Part shown: positions 37,428 through 46,168 of the stretch, in pieces
Layout: each line of letters opens with the position of its first letter
Position numbering within the stretch: the stretch's first letter is position 1
NCBI GenBank assembly: GCA_937863745.1
Contig: CALMHN010000068.1
Span: forward strand, 1 to 49,493
Length of the DNA stretch: 49,493 bases
Direction of reading: 5' to 3'
Origin: an uncultured bacterium
GTDB taxonomy: Bacteria; Bacillota_I; Bacilli_A; RF39; UBA660
Translations under genes and position numbers: made by a program
Notes under the pieces: generated by a model
What the model saw: the letters and a program-made list of their open reading frames with translations, nothing else
What the model was told of the DNA's origin: nothing
Databases searched by the model: none

Positions 37428-38429
37428 ATGGGTAAAGTAAAGTATATGATAGCAAGAATTGCTAAAATGGATTATGGTAATATGTTTAAAACCATAGATA
37501 AAGTTGCAAGTATTAATCATAAAAATAAAGTTGGTATTTTTTTTGATGTAGTCTCTTGTGGTTTGAAATATGGTGCTGGTTATATAGATTACTATCAATT
37601 TCAAATGTATAAGATGAATAAAGACGAAAGAAAAACTATTATTACTAGAGGAATAAATAATTCGATAATGAAGAAGTATAATGATCCATCTGCTATTAAT
37701 AAGTTTGAAGACAAAGCTTTATTTAATAAATTGTTTAATAAATACTTAAATAGAGATTGGATATATTTAAACGATGCATCAGTTGAAGAATTTGCTAAGT
37801 TTTTGGAAGGTAAAGAGTTTGTTATTGTTAAACCTTTAGATTTATCATGTGGCAAGGGTGTTGAAAAACTCAGAGTTGTAAACAAAAATCCTGAAGAACT
37901 ATATAAACAATTAAAGGCTTCTTCTCAAACTTTGGTAGAAGAAGTTGCTAAGCAAAATAAAGTTATAAATGATATATATCCTAATTCAGTTAATACTTTA
38001 AGAGTGGTTACTTTAAATTCAATTGTTGTTACTGCTTATTTAAGAATTGGAAATCATGGTAATGTTGTTGATAATTTTAATCATGGTGGTATGGTTACAG
38101 CAATTGATGTTGATACTGGTATGATTAATTATCCTGCAATTGATAAAGAAACTAATGTTTATGAAGTACATCCTATGACTGGGAAAAAGATTGTTGGTGT
38201 TCAAATACCAATGTGGGATGATGTTAAAAAACTTTGTGTAGAAGCTTGTGATGTTGTTCCTGAAGTTGGATATATTGCCTGGGATGTTTGTTTAGGTGAA
38301 AATAAACCATGTTTAATTGAAGGAAATGATTTCCCAGGACACGATTTATATCAATTACCTGTACATAGAACTGGTAACTGTGGATTATTACCAAGATTTG
38401 AAAAAGCAATGAAAGAAGGAAAAATATGA
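37428..38429 (+). CDS. ATP-grasp enzyme (sugar-transfer-associated ATP-grasp-like)
   Basis: 333 aa. The N-terminal pattern DVVSCGLKYGAGYIDYYQFQMY and the ATP-grasp-like core VIVKPLDLSCGKGV...LVEE...NTLRVVT...IEGN. ATGA overlap with rpiB. Confidence 0.55.
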   Translation: MGKVKYMIARIAKMDYGNMFKTIDKVASINHKNKVGIFFDVVSCGLKYGAGYIDYYQFQMYKMNKDERKTIITRGINNSIMKKYNDPSAINKFEDKALFNKLFNKYLNRDWIYLNDASVEEFAKFLEGKEFVIVKPLDLSCGKGVEKLRVVNKNPEELYKQLKASSQTLVEEVAKQNKVINDIYPNSVNTLRVVTLNSIVVTAYLRIGNHGNVVDNFNHGGMVTAIDVDTGMINYPAIDKETNVYEVHPMTGKKIVGVQIPMWDDVKKLCVEACDVVPEVGYIAWDVCLGENKPCLIEGNDFPGHDLYQLPVHRTGNCGLLPRFEKAMKEGKI

Positions 38430-38869
38430 GAATAGCTATTGCTACCGACCATAATGGCGTAGAACAAAAGAAAGAATTAATTAAATATTTAGAGGGATTG
38501 GATTATAAGATTGTGGATTTGAGTCCTAACAATACTCCAGTTGATGATTATCCTGATTATGCAAAAAAGGTTTGTGATTATGTCGTAAATAATGAGGCTG
38601 ATTATGGAATACTTATGTGTGGAACAGGGATTGGTATGTCGATTGCAGCCAATAAAGTTCATGGTATAAGAGCCGCTAAAGTATCTAATACAAATGAAGC
38701 TTTTTTAACTAGAAATGATAATGATGCTAATGTCTTAACCATGAGTTATAGAGAGCCATTAGAAGACATAAAAAATATCTCTAAAGTTTTTTTAGAGACA
38801 CCATATTCTAATGAAGAAAGACATACAAGAAGAATTAAGAAAGTAATGGAGATGGACAATGAATATTAA
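38426..38869 (+). CDS. rpiB: ribose-5-phosphate isomerase B (RpiB/LacA/LacB family)
   Basis: MRIAIATDHNG...GILMCGTGIGMSIAANK. Confidence 0.85.
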   Translation: MRIAIATDHNGVEQKKELIKYLEGLDYKIVDLSPNNTPVDDYPDYAKKVCDYVVNNEADYGILMCGTGIGMSIAANKVHGIRAAKVSNTNEAFLTRNDNDANVLTMSYREPLEDIKNISKVFLETPYSNEERHTRRIKKVMEMDNEY

Positions 38870-39047
38870 TCTTATTGTCTACACAATTACTCTTTTTTGT
38901 TCAGTTTTTGCTGTATCAGGAATTAATTTTGAAAAGATTATAAAATTAGGTAGTATTTGGGAAGTAAGATTTTTAGTTACATTAATAATCTTATCTTTAA
39001 CTTATTTATCTGGAACACTAATTATTAGTGTATTTAATACTTTATAA
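38859..39047 (+). CDS. small two-TM membrane protein (DUF1146/YwzB-like)
   Basis: 62 aa. GINFEKIIK...EVRFLVTLIILSL resembles Bacillus YwzB. Confidence 0.5.
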   Translation: MNINLIVYTITLFCSVFAVSGINFEKIIKLGSIWEVRFLVTLIILSLTYLSGTLIISVFNTL

Positions 39048-39049
39048 AA

Positions 39050-39143
39050 CAAAAGAAGCTGTCCCCCTGAGAACAGCTTCAAAGAATAAAAAGGGGTTGG
39101 CTAGTGTGATACTAGCACCAATTCGCCTGTAAGTGAATTGGTA
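39050..39143 (-). ncRNA. candidate small RNA A (about 95 nt), divergent from recG
   Basis: Minus strand promoter TTGACA(39178..39173)-17 bp-TAGTAT(39155..39150). Then SL1 CCAATTC/GAATTGG and SL2 GCTAGT/ACTAGC, followed by the single-stranded stretch CAACCCCTTTTTATTC. Terminator GAAGCTGT-TCTCAGGGGG-ACAGCTTC followed by TTTTGTTTT. Confidence 0.45.
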
Positions 39144-39216
39144 CTTAATATACTACTCATAAAGGGGTTGATTGTCAACACTTTTTAAATAATTTGAATT
39201 TAAAAATGGAGGGAAT

Positions 39217-41211
39217 ATGGAACTGGTTGATATAAAGGGGATTGGACCTAAATCTAAAGATAGTTTAAATAAATTAAATATATATGATGTAGATTCTTTG
39301 GTTAGATATTATCCTTTTAGATATAATGTTTATCATCCTATAGATATTAGGATTGTAGATACAGAAGATGTTATTGTTGTTAATGCTAAAATAGTTAGTA
39401 AGCCAGCTTTATTTTATTTTAATAGAACGTTTAATTCTATGACATTTAATGCTGAATGTAATGATATTATTGTTAAAGTTAAAATATTTAATCGAGGTTA
39501 TTTGTCTAAATTATTATTTGTTAATAAATATATATGTTTAATTGGTAAATATGATAAAGTTCATAATATATTTAATGCTAGTGATATTAAACTGTATAAT
39601 ATAAATGGGGAAGAAATTGAACCTGTTTATCATGTTGTATCAGGTATTAAGAGATCGTTTTTAAGTAAATGTATAAGCAATGCTTTAACTGTTTATGATG
39701 TTAAAGATATTGTTCCGCAGTTTATTATTAATAAATACCATCTGATGGGTGAAAATGAAGCTGTTAGGTATATTCATATGCCTAAAGATATAAATAGTCT
39801 TAAACAGGCTAAGATAAAGCTTAAATACGAAGAATTATTTTTGTTTATGTTTAAAATTAATTTATTAAAGTTTAAGAATCAAGTATTTTCTAGATTTGAT
39901 ATTAAGAATGTTGATGATAAATATCTTGGTGATATTACATCTAAACTTAAGTTTAAATTAACTGGTGATCAAGAAAAGGCTGTTAATAATATAATTGATG
40001 ATTTTAGAAGTAATAAGAGAATGAATAGATTAATACTTGGTGATGTAGGATCTGGGAAGACAATTGTAAGTTTTATTGCTATTATATTGAATTTTAAATG
40101 TGGATATCAAAGTGCATTACTTGCTCCAACTGAAGTTCTTGCAAGACAACATTATGATAATTTTATTAATGAATTTGGTGGATATGGATTAAAAACTGCT
40201 TTGTTGGTTGGCTCATTATCTAAGAAAGAAAAAGAAGATATTAAACTTAGACTTAAAAATGGTGATATAGATTTACTTGTTGGAACTCATGCTATGTTAG
40301 AAGATGATGTGGAATTTTTAAACATTGGCCTTGTTGTAACAGATGAGCAACACCGATTTGGTGTTAATCAAAGGAAGGCTTTACAAAATAAAGGGAATTC
40401 TGTTGATGTATTATATATGTCTGCTACACCAATTCCTAGAACTTATGCTTTAACAATATATGGAGATATGGATATTTCTATGATTAGAGAAAAGCCAAGT
40501 GGAAGAAAAGATATTAAGACAAATGTTTATAAGTTTAAAGATATGAACATAATTTCTTCCTCTATAGAAGATGAAATAAAAGCAGGACATCAAGTTTATG
40601 TTGTAGCTCCATTAATTGAGTCGGAAGATGAAACTGAATTAAGTGATTTAAAACAGGTTAAGAAGACATTAGAAGATAATTTTAAAGATGATTATAGAAT
40701 AAGTATTCTTCATGGAAAGATGAAGGATGATGCTAAGAATAAGACTTTAAATGATTTTAAAGAAGGTAAAGTAGATATTTTAATTTCTACAACCGTGATT
40801 GAAGTTGGTATTGATGTTAAAAATGCTACGATGATGTGTATATTTAATGCTGAAAGATTTGGACTTGCTACACTTCATCAGTTAAGAGGAAGAGTAGGAA
40901 GAAATGACTTACAGTCTAAATGTATTTTAGTATCTGATAAGGAGACTGATAGATTACATGTGTTGGAAGAATCTAATGATGGATTCTATATTTCTGAGAA
41001 AGATTTTGAACTAAGGGGATCTGGTGATCTATTTGGTATAAAACAATCTGGAGATATGAATTTTAAAATAGCCGACATTAGAAAAGACTTTAAAATACTT
41101 ACTCAATGTAAGATAGATACAGAAGAATTTATTAAAGATAATATCGAAAATGATTTTAGAGATTACCCTTATTATAAAGAATTAGTTGAGAAACTAATGG
41201 ACAATAATTAA
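39217..41211 (+). CDS. recG: ATP-dependent DNA helicase RecG
   Basis: 664 aa. Walker A GDVGSGKT, DEQHRFG, SATPIPRT, QLRGRVGR. Confidence 0.95.
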   Translation: MELVDIKGIGPKSKDSLNKLNIYDVDSLVRYYPFRYNVYHPIDIRIVDTEDVIVVNAKIVSKPALFYFNRTFNSMTFNAECNDIIVKVKIFNRGYLSKLLFVNKYICLIGKYDKVHNIFNASDIKLYNINGEEIEPVYHVVSGIKRSFLSKCISNALTVYDVKDIVPQFIINKYHLMGENEAVRYIHMPKDINSLKQAKIKLKYEELFLFMFKINLLKFKNQVFSRFDIKNVDDKYLGDITSKLKFKLTGDQEKAVNNIIDDFRSNKRMNRLILGDVGSGKTIVSFIAIILNFKCGYQSALLAPTEVLARQHYDNFINEFGGYGLKTALLVGSLSKKEKEDIKLRLKNGDIDLLVGTHAMLEDDVEFLNIGLVVTDEQHRFGVNQRKALQNKGNSVDVLYMSATPIPRTYALTIYGDMDISMIREKPSGRKDIKTNVYKFKDMNIISSSIEDEIKAGHQVYVVAPLIESEDETELSDLKQVKKTLEDNFKDDYRISILHGKMKDDAKNKTLNDFKEGKVDILISTTVIEVGIDVKNATMMCIFNAERFGLATLHQLRGRVGRNDLQSKCILVSDKETDRLHVLEESNDGFYISEKDFELRGSGDLFGIKQSGDMNFKIADIRKDFKILTQCKIDTEEFIKDNIENDFRDYPYYKELVEKLMDNN

Positions 41212-41220
41212 TATTTATAA

Positions 41221-41249
41221 TTGACAAAGAAGTTCATATTTTGTAATAT
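41221..41249 (+). promoter_or_regulatory. near-consensus sigma-A promoter of candidate sRNA B
   Basis: TTGACA-17 bp-TAATAT. Confidence 0.6.
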
Positions 41250-41255
41250 TAATCT

Positions 41256-41359
41256 AGCAAGATAACAAAATATCTTGCCGATAAACTCTAACGATTTTAA
41301 TTTGTTAGGGTATATCAACCAAAACCCCCTGAAGAGAGCCATATGGCTCTCGTTTTTTT
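41256..41359 (+). ncRNA. candidate small RNA B (about 104 nt)
   Basis: SL1 GCAAGATA/TATCTTGC and SL2 CTCTAAC/GTTAGGG, then the single-stranded stretch TATATCAACCAAAACCCCCTGAA. Terminator GAGAGCC-ATAT-GGCTCTC followed by GTTTTTTT. Confidence 0.5.
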
Positions 41360-41480
41360 GTATATAATTCTATTTTTTTATTATGTGAATAAAGTGCTAT
41401 AAGAGTTTTTAAATATTGATGTTTATGAATTTTATAGATACAATATTTAATATACATAAGATTAGATGAGGATAACTATA

Positions 41481-43172
41481 ATGAATTATGAAACAATTTC
41501 AATAAGAGAAGTAATAAAATTAATTAATGAAAAAAGAATGTATTTACCGGAAATACAAAGAGGGTATGTTTGGAAGGAAAAACAAGTTGAAAAATTATTT
41601 GAATCAATATTTGTTGGTTATCCAATAGGTTCATTATTATTTTGGAAAACAAATAAGAGAGATATTAATAGCAATGGTCTTATTTTGTATGATTTTATTA
41701 AGGACTATCACGAGAGAGATGATAAGGATAATAAAAAAGCATCCGCTATTGCATCTGATTTTCCTGATTATTTTATAGTTTTAGATGGCCAACAACGATT
41801 ATCTGCATTATTTATTGGTTTGCAAGGATCTGTTGCTTATAAACTACCATATTTATGGTGGAGTTCCAACGATGCTTTTCCACAAAAAAAGTTATTTTTT
41901 AATCTTGATTCTAAAAGCCTTCAATTAGATGAAGATGATGATGATGAAAAAATTCCTATATTTAAGTTTTTTGAGATTGATAAAACAACTCCAGATAATA
42001 ATTGGTTCTTAGTCTCAGATATTTTAAAGTTTGAGCAACTTAGTGACATAATAGAGTATGCAACTGAGAACAATTTGAGTAAGGATAGAATTAATAACTT
42101 ATCAAAATTTTGGAATAATATAAATTTAAAAAATCCTCCTATAATTCATTATTTAACTATAGAAGGTGCTAACTATGATGATGTTTTAAATATATTTGTA
42201 CGTCTAAATTCAAGTGGTACTCCTTTATCAAAACCTGATTTACTGTTTTCAACTATGTTACTTGATTGGAATGGTGGAAGAGAGGTTATAGAAAAATTTA
42301 TTAAAAAAATAAATAATAAGGGTTCCAAATTTGATTTTACAAAAGACTTTATAATGAGAACTTGTCTTGTTTTATCTGGAGCCTCTGTTAGCATGAAGGT
42401 GGAGTCTTTTAAAAAAGAAAAAATATCATATATAAAGAACAATTTTTTTAGTATTTCTAAAGCTATTGAAGATGCTGTTGATTCACTTGTTGACTTAGGT
42501 TATTCAAATGACAATATGCTATCTTACAATGCTTTGATTCCTTACATTTATTATTTGTATAGGGGTGGATCATCAAAAGGAAACAGTGTTAATGGATTAA
42601 GAACTTATTTGGCAATTTCTTTTTTAAAGAATATTTATGGTGTAGCATCAAATTCTGCTTTATCTAATACAAGAAATGCTATTGATAAATATAATTGCAA
42701 AAAATTTGGATTTGATATTTCGATATTCGATAATGTTCATTTAGTTGGTGATAGAGAATTTAAAGTAACTAAAGATGATATAGATTCTTATATGGATAAA
42801 GAAAAAGGATTGTATACTTTTTACATATTAACTTTATTATATCCAAATTTAAAATTGGGACAAATTAAGTTTCATCAAGACCATGTTCATCCATATATTT
42901 CTTTTGATGAATTAGATAGTAAAAAATTGACTAATGAGCAAATTGAAAAATGGAAAAGAATGAGAAATACTTTGCCTAACTTACAATTACTTGAAGGGTC
43001 AGACAACGAATCTAAAAATAGAGAATCTTTAACAGAATGGGTAAAAGCGGGAAACGTTGTTGAATATAGTGATAATAAAGAATCTACCGATTTATATAAT
43101 TTTGAAAATTATTATAATGCTAGAAAGGAAAAAATTATAAATAAATTATTGAAAATTTTTAGTTTAAAATGA
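41481..43172 (+). CDS. DUF262 plus DUF1524/HNH-like protein (GmrSD-family type IV restriction-like)
   Basis: N-terminal region LPEIQRGYVWKEKQVEKLFESIFVGYPIGSLLFWK and the DGQQRLS motif. C-terminal His-Me finger-like FHQDHVHP...NLQLLEGSDNESKN. Start set at the ATG at 41481 behind GAGGA. Confidence 0.75.
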   Translation: MNYETISIREVIKLINEKRMYLPEIQRGYVWKEKQVEKLFESIFVGYPIGSLLFWKTNKRDINSNGLILYDFIKDYHERDDKDNKKASAIASDFPDYFIVLDGQQRLSALFIGLQGSVAYKLPYLWWSSNDAFPQKKLFFNLDSKSLQLDEDDDDEKIPIFKFFEIDKTTPDNNWFLVSDILKFEQLSDIIEYATENNLSKDRINNLSKFWNNINLKNPPIIHYLTIEGANYDDVLNIFVRLNSSGTPLSKPDLLFSTMLLDWNGGREVIEKFIKKINNKGSKFDFTKDFIMRTCLVLSGASVSMKVESFKKEKISYIKNNFFSISKAIEDAVDSLVDLGYSNDNMLSYNALIPYIYYLYRGGSSKGNSVNGLRTYLAISFLKNIYGVASNSALSNTRNAIDKYNCKKFGFDISIFDNVHLVGDREFKVTKDDIDSYMDKEKGLYTFYILTLLYPNLKLGQIKFHQDHVHPYISFDELDSKKLTNEQIEKWKRMRNTLPNLQLLEGSDNESKNRESLTEWVKAGNVVEYSDNKESTDLYNFENYYNARKEKIINKLLKIFSLK

Positions 43173-43186
43173 TTAGAAAAAATTAA

Positions 43187-43206
43187 AAGAGATCATATGA
43201 TCTCTT
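43187..43206. terminator. bidirectional terminator shared by convergent genes
   Basis: 20-nt perfect palindrome AAGAGATCATATGATCTCTT, flanked by an A-run and a T-run. Confidence 0.6.
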
Positions 43207-44503
43207 ATTTTTTTAATTCATCAAACATTAATGCAACTGTTGGACTGTTTTTAGTTAATTTCTTTATTGATAAATCATCTGCTTTATTATTTGCTAATCT
43301 CAAATTATTATCGGCTTTAGTTAAATCTTCTTTTATTTTATTTAAGTGATCTATTGATTTATCTATTTCTTCTATAGCTTTACTAAAGCTATCACTTGCT
43401 AATTTATAATTTCTTGAGAATCCTTCTTTGAAGGTATTTATATTATCTTCAAAATGACTTATATCAATATTTTGATTCTTTTCAATTAACAATTGCTTCT
43501 TATATTGAATACTATTCTTGGCTGCATTAACTAGTAAGGTAATTATTGGTATAAAGAATTGAGGTCTAATAACAAACATCTTAGGATATTTATATGATAC
43601 ATCTACAATTCCTTGATTGTATAATTCTGAATCAGATTCTAGGGTTGTTACTAGTATTGCATACTCGCATGACTTTTCATTTCTATCTTTATCTAGTTCT
43701 TTGAAGAAATCTTCATTTTTGTGTTTAGTGCTAGTTAAATCAGCTTCATTTTTCATTTCAAACATTATTGAGATATATTCAATACCATCTTCTGTATCTC
43801 TAAATATGAAGTCCCCTTTAGATCCTGTTTTAGCATCATTATCTTTTTCAAAATAAGAATTTGGCCAAATAGGTCTTAATGTCATATTATAAGAATTACT
43901 ACAATGTTGTTCTAGGGTTTCACCAAGCATCTTTGTAGACATTCTTGTTTTTAAATCTTTATAATAATCTATTTGTTCGTCTTTTACTTTTAACTTATTA
44001 TCATAGTCAGTTTTAATACTTTGAACTTTTAGTTCTGATTCTTTACTATCTAAGGCAATAGTATTAGATAGTTCTTGAATCTTAGCATCTTTTTCATTTA
44101 TTTTATCTTTAAATTCATTTATAGAATTTTGAATTGCTAGAGCTTTTTCATTTTCAAAACCTGATATTTTATTTTGTAATTCATTAATAGTTTTAGTTAA
44201 TTCTTTTTCTTTTTCATTTAATGCTTTAGTAACTTCTAATTCGTTTTCTGTTTCTTTAGTTTTAAGTTTTGATTCTAATTCTAAGTTGGCTTTTTCTTTA
44301 ATTTTTATTTGTTCTTCGAATGATTCTTTTTGTTTATCTAATTCTTCTTTTATTTTAATTTCTAATTTTGAATTATATAATTCATCTCTTTTTTTAATTT
44401 CTTCTTCAAATTGATGGTCTCTTACTTGTTTAACGATATTTTCATATTGAGTTTCATCAATTGTGAATGTTTTTCCACAGTGGGGACATTTTATTTCGTT
44501 CAT
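43205..44503 (-). CDS. DUF2130-family protein: zinc ribbon, long coiled coil, PD-(D/E)xK-like C-terminal domain
   Basis: N-terminal MNEIKCPHCGKTFTIDETQY, about 170 aa of heptad-rich K/E sequence, then GSKGDFIFRD...ISIMFEMKNE (D...ExK-like). Confidence 0.65.
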   Translation of the reverse strand: MNEIKCPHCGKTFTIDETQYENIVKQVRDHQFEEEIKKRDELYNSKLEIKIKEELDKQKESFEEQIKIKEKANLELESKLKTKETENELEVTKALNEKEKELTKTINELQNKISGFENEKALAIQNSINEFKDKINEKDAKIQELSNTIALDSKESELKVQSIKTDYDNKLKVKDEQIDYYKDLKTRMSTKMLGETLEQHCSNSYNMTLRPIWPNSYFEKDNDAKTGSKGDFIFRDTEDGIEYISIMFEMKNEADLTSTKHKNEDFFKELDKDRNEKSCEYAILVTTLESDSELYNQGIVDVSYKYPKMFVIRPQFFIPIITLLVNAAKNSIQYKKQLLIEKNQNIDISHFEDNINTFKEGFSRNYKLASDSFSKAIEEIDKSIDHLNKIKEDLTKADNNLRLANNKADDLSIKKLTKNSPTVALMFDELKK

Positions 44504-44724
44504 AGTTTTCTCCTTTTATATATATTATTATAACAAATATACTAAGTTTATTTCTATTAATTAATTATAATGTTTAAGTGTTATAATTTAATTGAGAGGA
44601 GTTGGGAGTTATCAATAGGTTTTAGTAGTTTGGTTTTATTATTATCATTTTTTGAGTTTTGATGATAATTTAACTAGTTTATTTTGAGTTAATTAAAATT
44701 TATTAAATTGAGATAGGAGTTTTT

Positions 44725-45009
44725 ATGAAAAACGTTTATTATTTAAATATTTTTGGTTTATTTTTAGGAATTGTTGTTCTATTATTTGGTTTAATTGGAT
44801 CATTTAATGTACCAACAGTAATTGTTAATGCAACAACTTATGGCGGTGATGCTTATACTGGTATTCAAAATGCTTCTGCTTCTACCGCTAATAATATAAC
44901 TTATATAAGTAGAGATGCTTATGCATTTGTTAGATTTGTTGTTATTATCTCTGGATTTTTAATAATTAATCATTATTGTAAGTGTATTGCTCTTGATAAG
45001 AATAAGTAA
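44725..45009 (+). CDS. hypothetical small membrane protein (two TM segments)
   Basis: 94 aa, hydrophobic N- and C-terminal segments, GGAG RBS. Confidence 0.4.
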   Translation: MKNVYYLNIFGLFLGIVVLLFGLIGSFNVPTVIVNATTYGGDAYTGIQNASASTANNITYISRDAYAFVRFVVIISGFLIINHYCKCIALDKNK

Positions 45010-45013
45010 TAAG

Positions 45014-45036
45014 ATGCATAGAAATATGCATTTTTT
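45014..45036 (+). terminator. intrinsic terminator (copy 1 of a repeated hairpin)
   Basis: ATGCATA-GAAA-TATGCAT followed by TTTTT. Confidence 0.6.
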
Positions 45037-45184
45037 CTTTATATTATAAAAAACATATTGTCTTTTTTTTAACGATGTATTATATTTTATTTGACATTTA
45101 ACAAACAAGTTTGGTTTTATTGTGCACTAAAATTACGGCGTGAGTAAAAATCATGCTTTTTTGTTGTGGAAGGAGTGATAAAAA

Positions 45185-46168
45185 ATGTCGTTTATTGATG
45201 TTAATCATCTATCTAAAACCTTTAAGGTAGCTAAGAGAAATAGTGGACTAAAAGCTGCTTTAAAGTCTTTTGTTAATCGGAAGTACGTCTCTATTGATGC
45301 TGTTAAAGATGTATCTTTTAAGATTAATAAGGGTGAAATTGTCGGTTACATTGGACCTAATGGCGCAGGTAAATCCACGACTATTAAAATGTTGTGTGGA
45401 ATATTAAAACCTGATAGCGGGTCTATCAGTATCAATCATATGTCACCATTTGAAGAACGTAAGAAGTTCGTTAAAGATATTGGTGTTGTATTTGGACAGC
45501 GTAGTCAATTATGGTGGGATATTCCTGCTGAAGATACTTTTGATTTATTAAAAGTAATATATAAAATTGATGATAAAGAATATTTAGAAACTAAAAATAA
45601 ATTAGTTGAAATGCTAGATATTAAAGATGTTATAAAAATGCCGGTTAGACAATTAAGTTTAGGTCAAAGAATGCGTTGTGAAATAGCGGCATCTTTATTA
45701 CATAAACCATCAATATTATTTTTGGATGAGCCTACCATTGGTTTGGATGCAGTGTCTAAGGAAAAAGTCAGGAATTTTATTATTGAAATAAATAAGAAGT
45801 ATAAGACTACTGTTATTCTAACTTCTCATGATATGAATGATATTGAAGCTTTAGCTAATAGAATTATTTTAATTGGACGAGGTTCAAAGCTATTTGATGG
45901 TACTTTGAACGATTTAAAAGCCAAGTTTGGTAATTGTAGGAAGGTAACTATTATTACTAATGATACTTTGAAGAAATTTAATAAAAAGGGAGTATGTAAA
46001 AGAACAAAAACTGACATTGGTTATGAATTTATAATTGATATTAATTTAATATCGATTTCCTCATTTGTTAATTATGTTGGTGAATATGTGGATATTAGTG
46101 ATATAGATATTGATAGTGACAATATTGATAATTTAATTATTAAACTTTATCAGGAATATAACATATGA
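45185..46168 (+). CDS. ABC transporter ATP-binding protein
   Basis: Walker A GPNGAGKST, signature LSLGQRMR, Walker B ILFLDEPT. Confidence 0.9.
   Translation: MSFIDVNHLSKTFKVAKRNSGLKAALKSFVNRKYVSIDAVKDVSFKINKGEIVGYIGPNGAGKSTTIKMLCGILKPDSGSISINHMSPFEERKKFVKDIGVVFGQRSQLWWDIPAEDTFDLLKVIYKIDDKEYLETKNKLVEMLDIKDVIKMPVRQLSLGQRMRCEIAASLLHKPSILFLDEPTIGLDAVSKEKVRNFIIEINKKYKTTVILTSHDMNDIEALANRIILIGRGSKLFDGTLNDLKAKFGNCRKVTIITNDTLKKFNKKGVCKRTKTDIGYEFIIDINLISISSFVNYVGEYVDISDIDIDSDNIDNLIIKLYQEYNI

Noticed and set aside
39081-39216. Riboswitch or structured 5' UTR of recG on the plus strand
   Set aside because: The hairpin at 39055-39080 has a U-tract only on the minus strand, and a TTGACA-17-TAGTAT promoter points leftward. 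The structure is better explained as a divergent small RNA. I recognise no riboswitch consensus.
41221-41480. Candidate sRNA B as a riboswitch or attenuator leader of the DUF262 gene
   Set aside because: The terminator lies about 120 nt upstream of the start codon. A separate promoter (TTGATG-17-TACAAT, 41416-41444) sits between them. No alternative antiterminator pairing is evident. Not fully excluded without transcript mapping.
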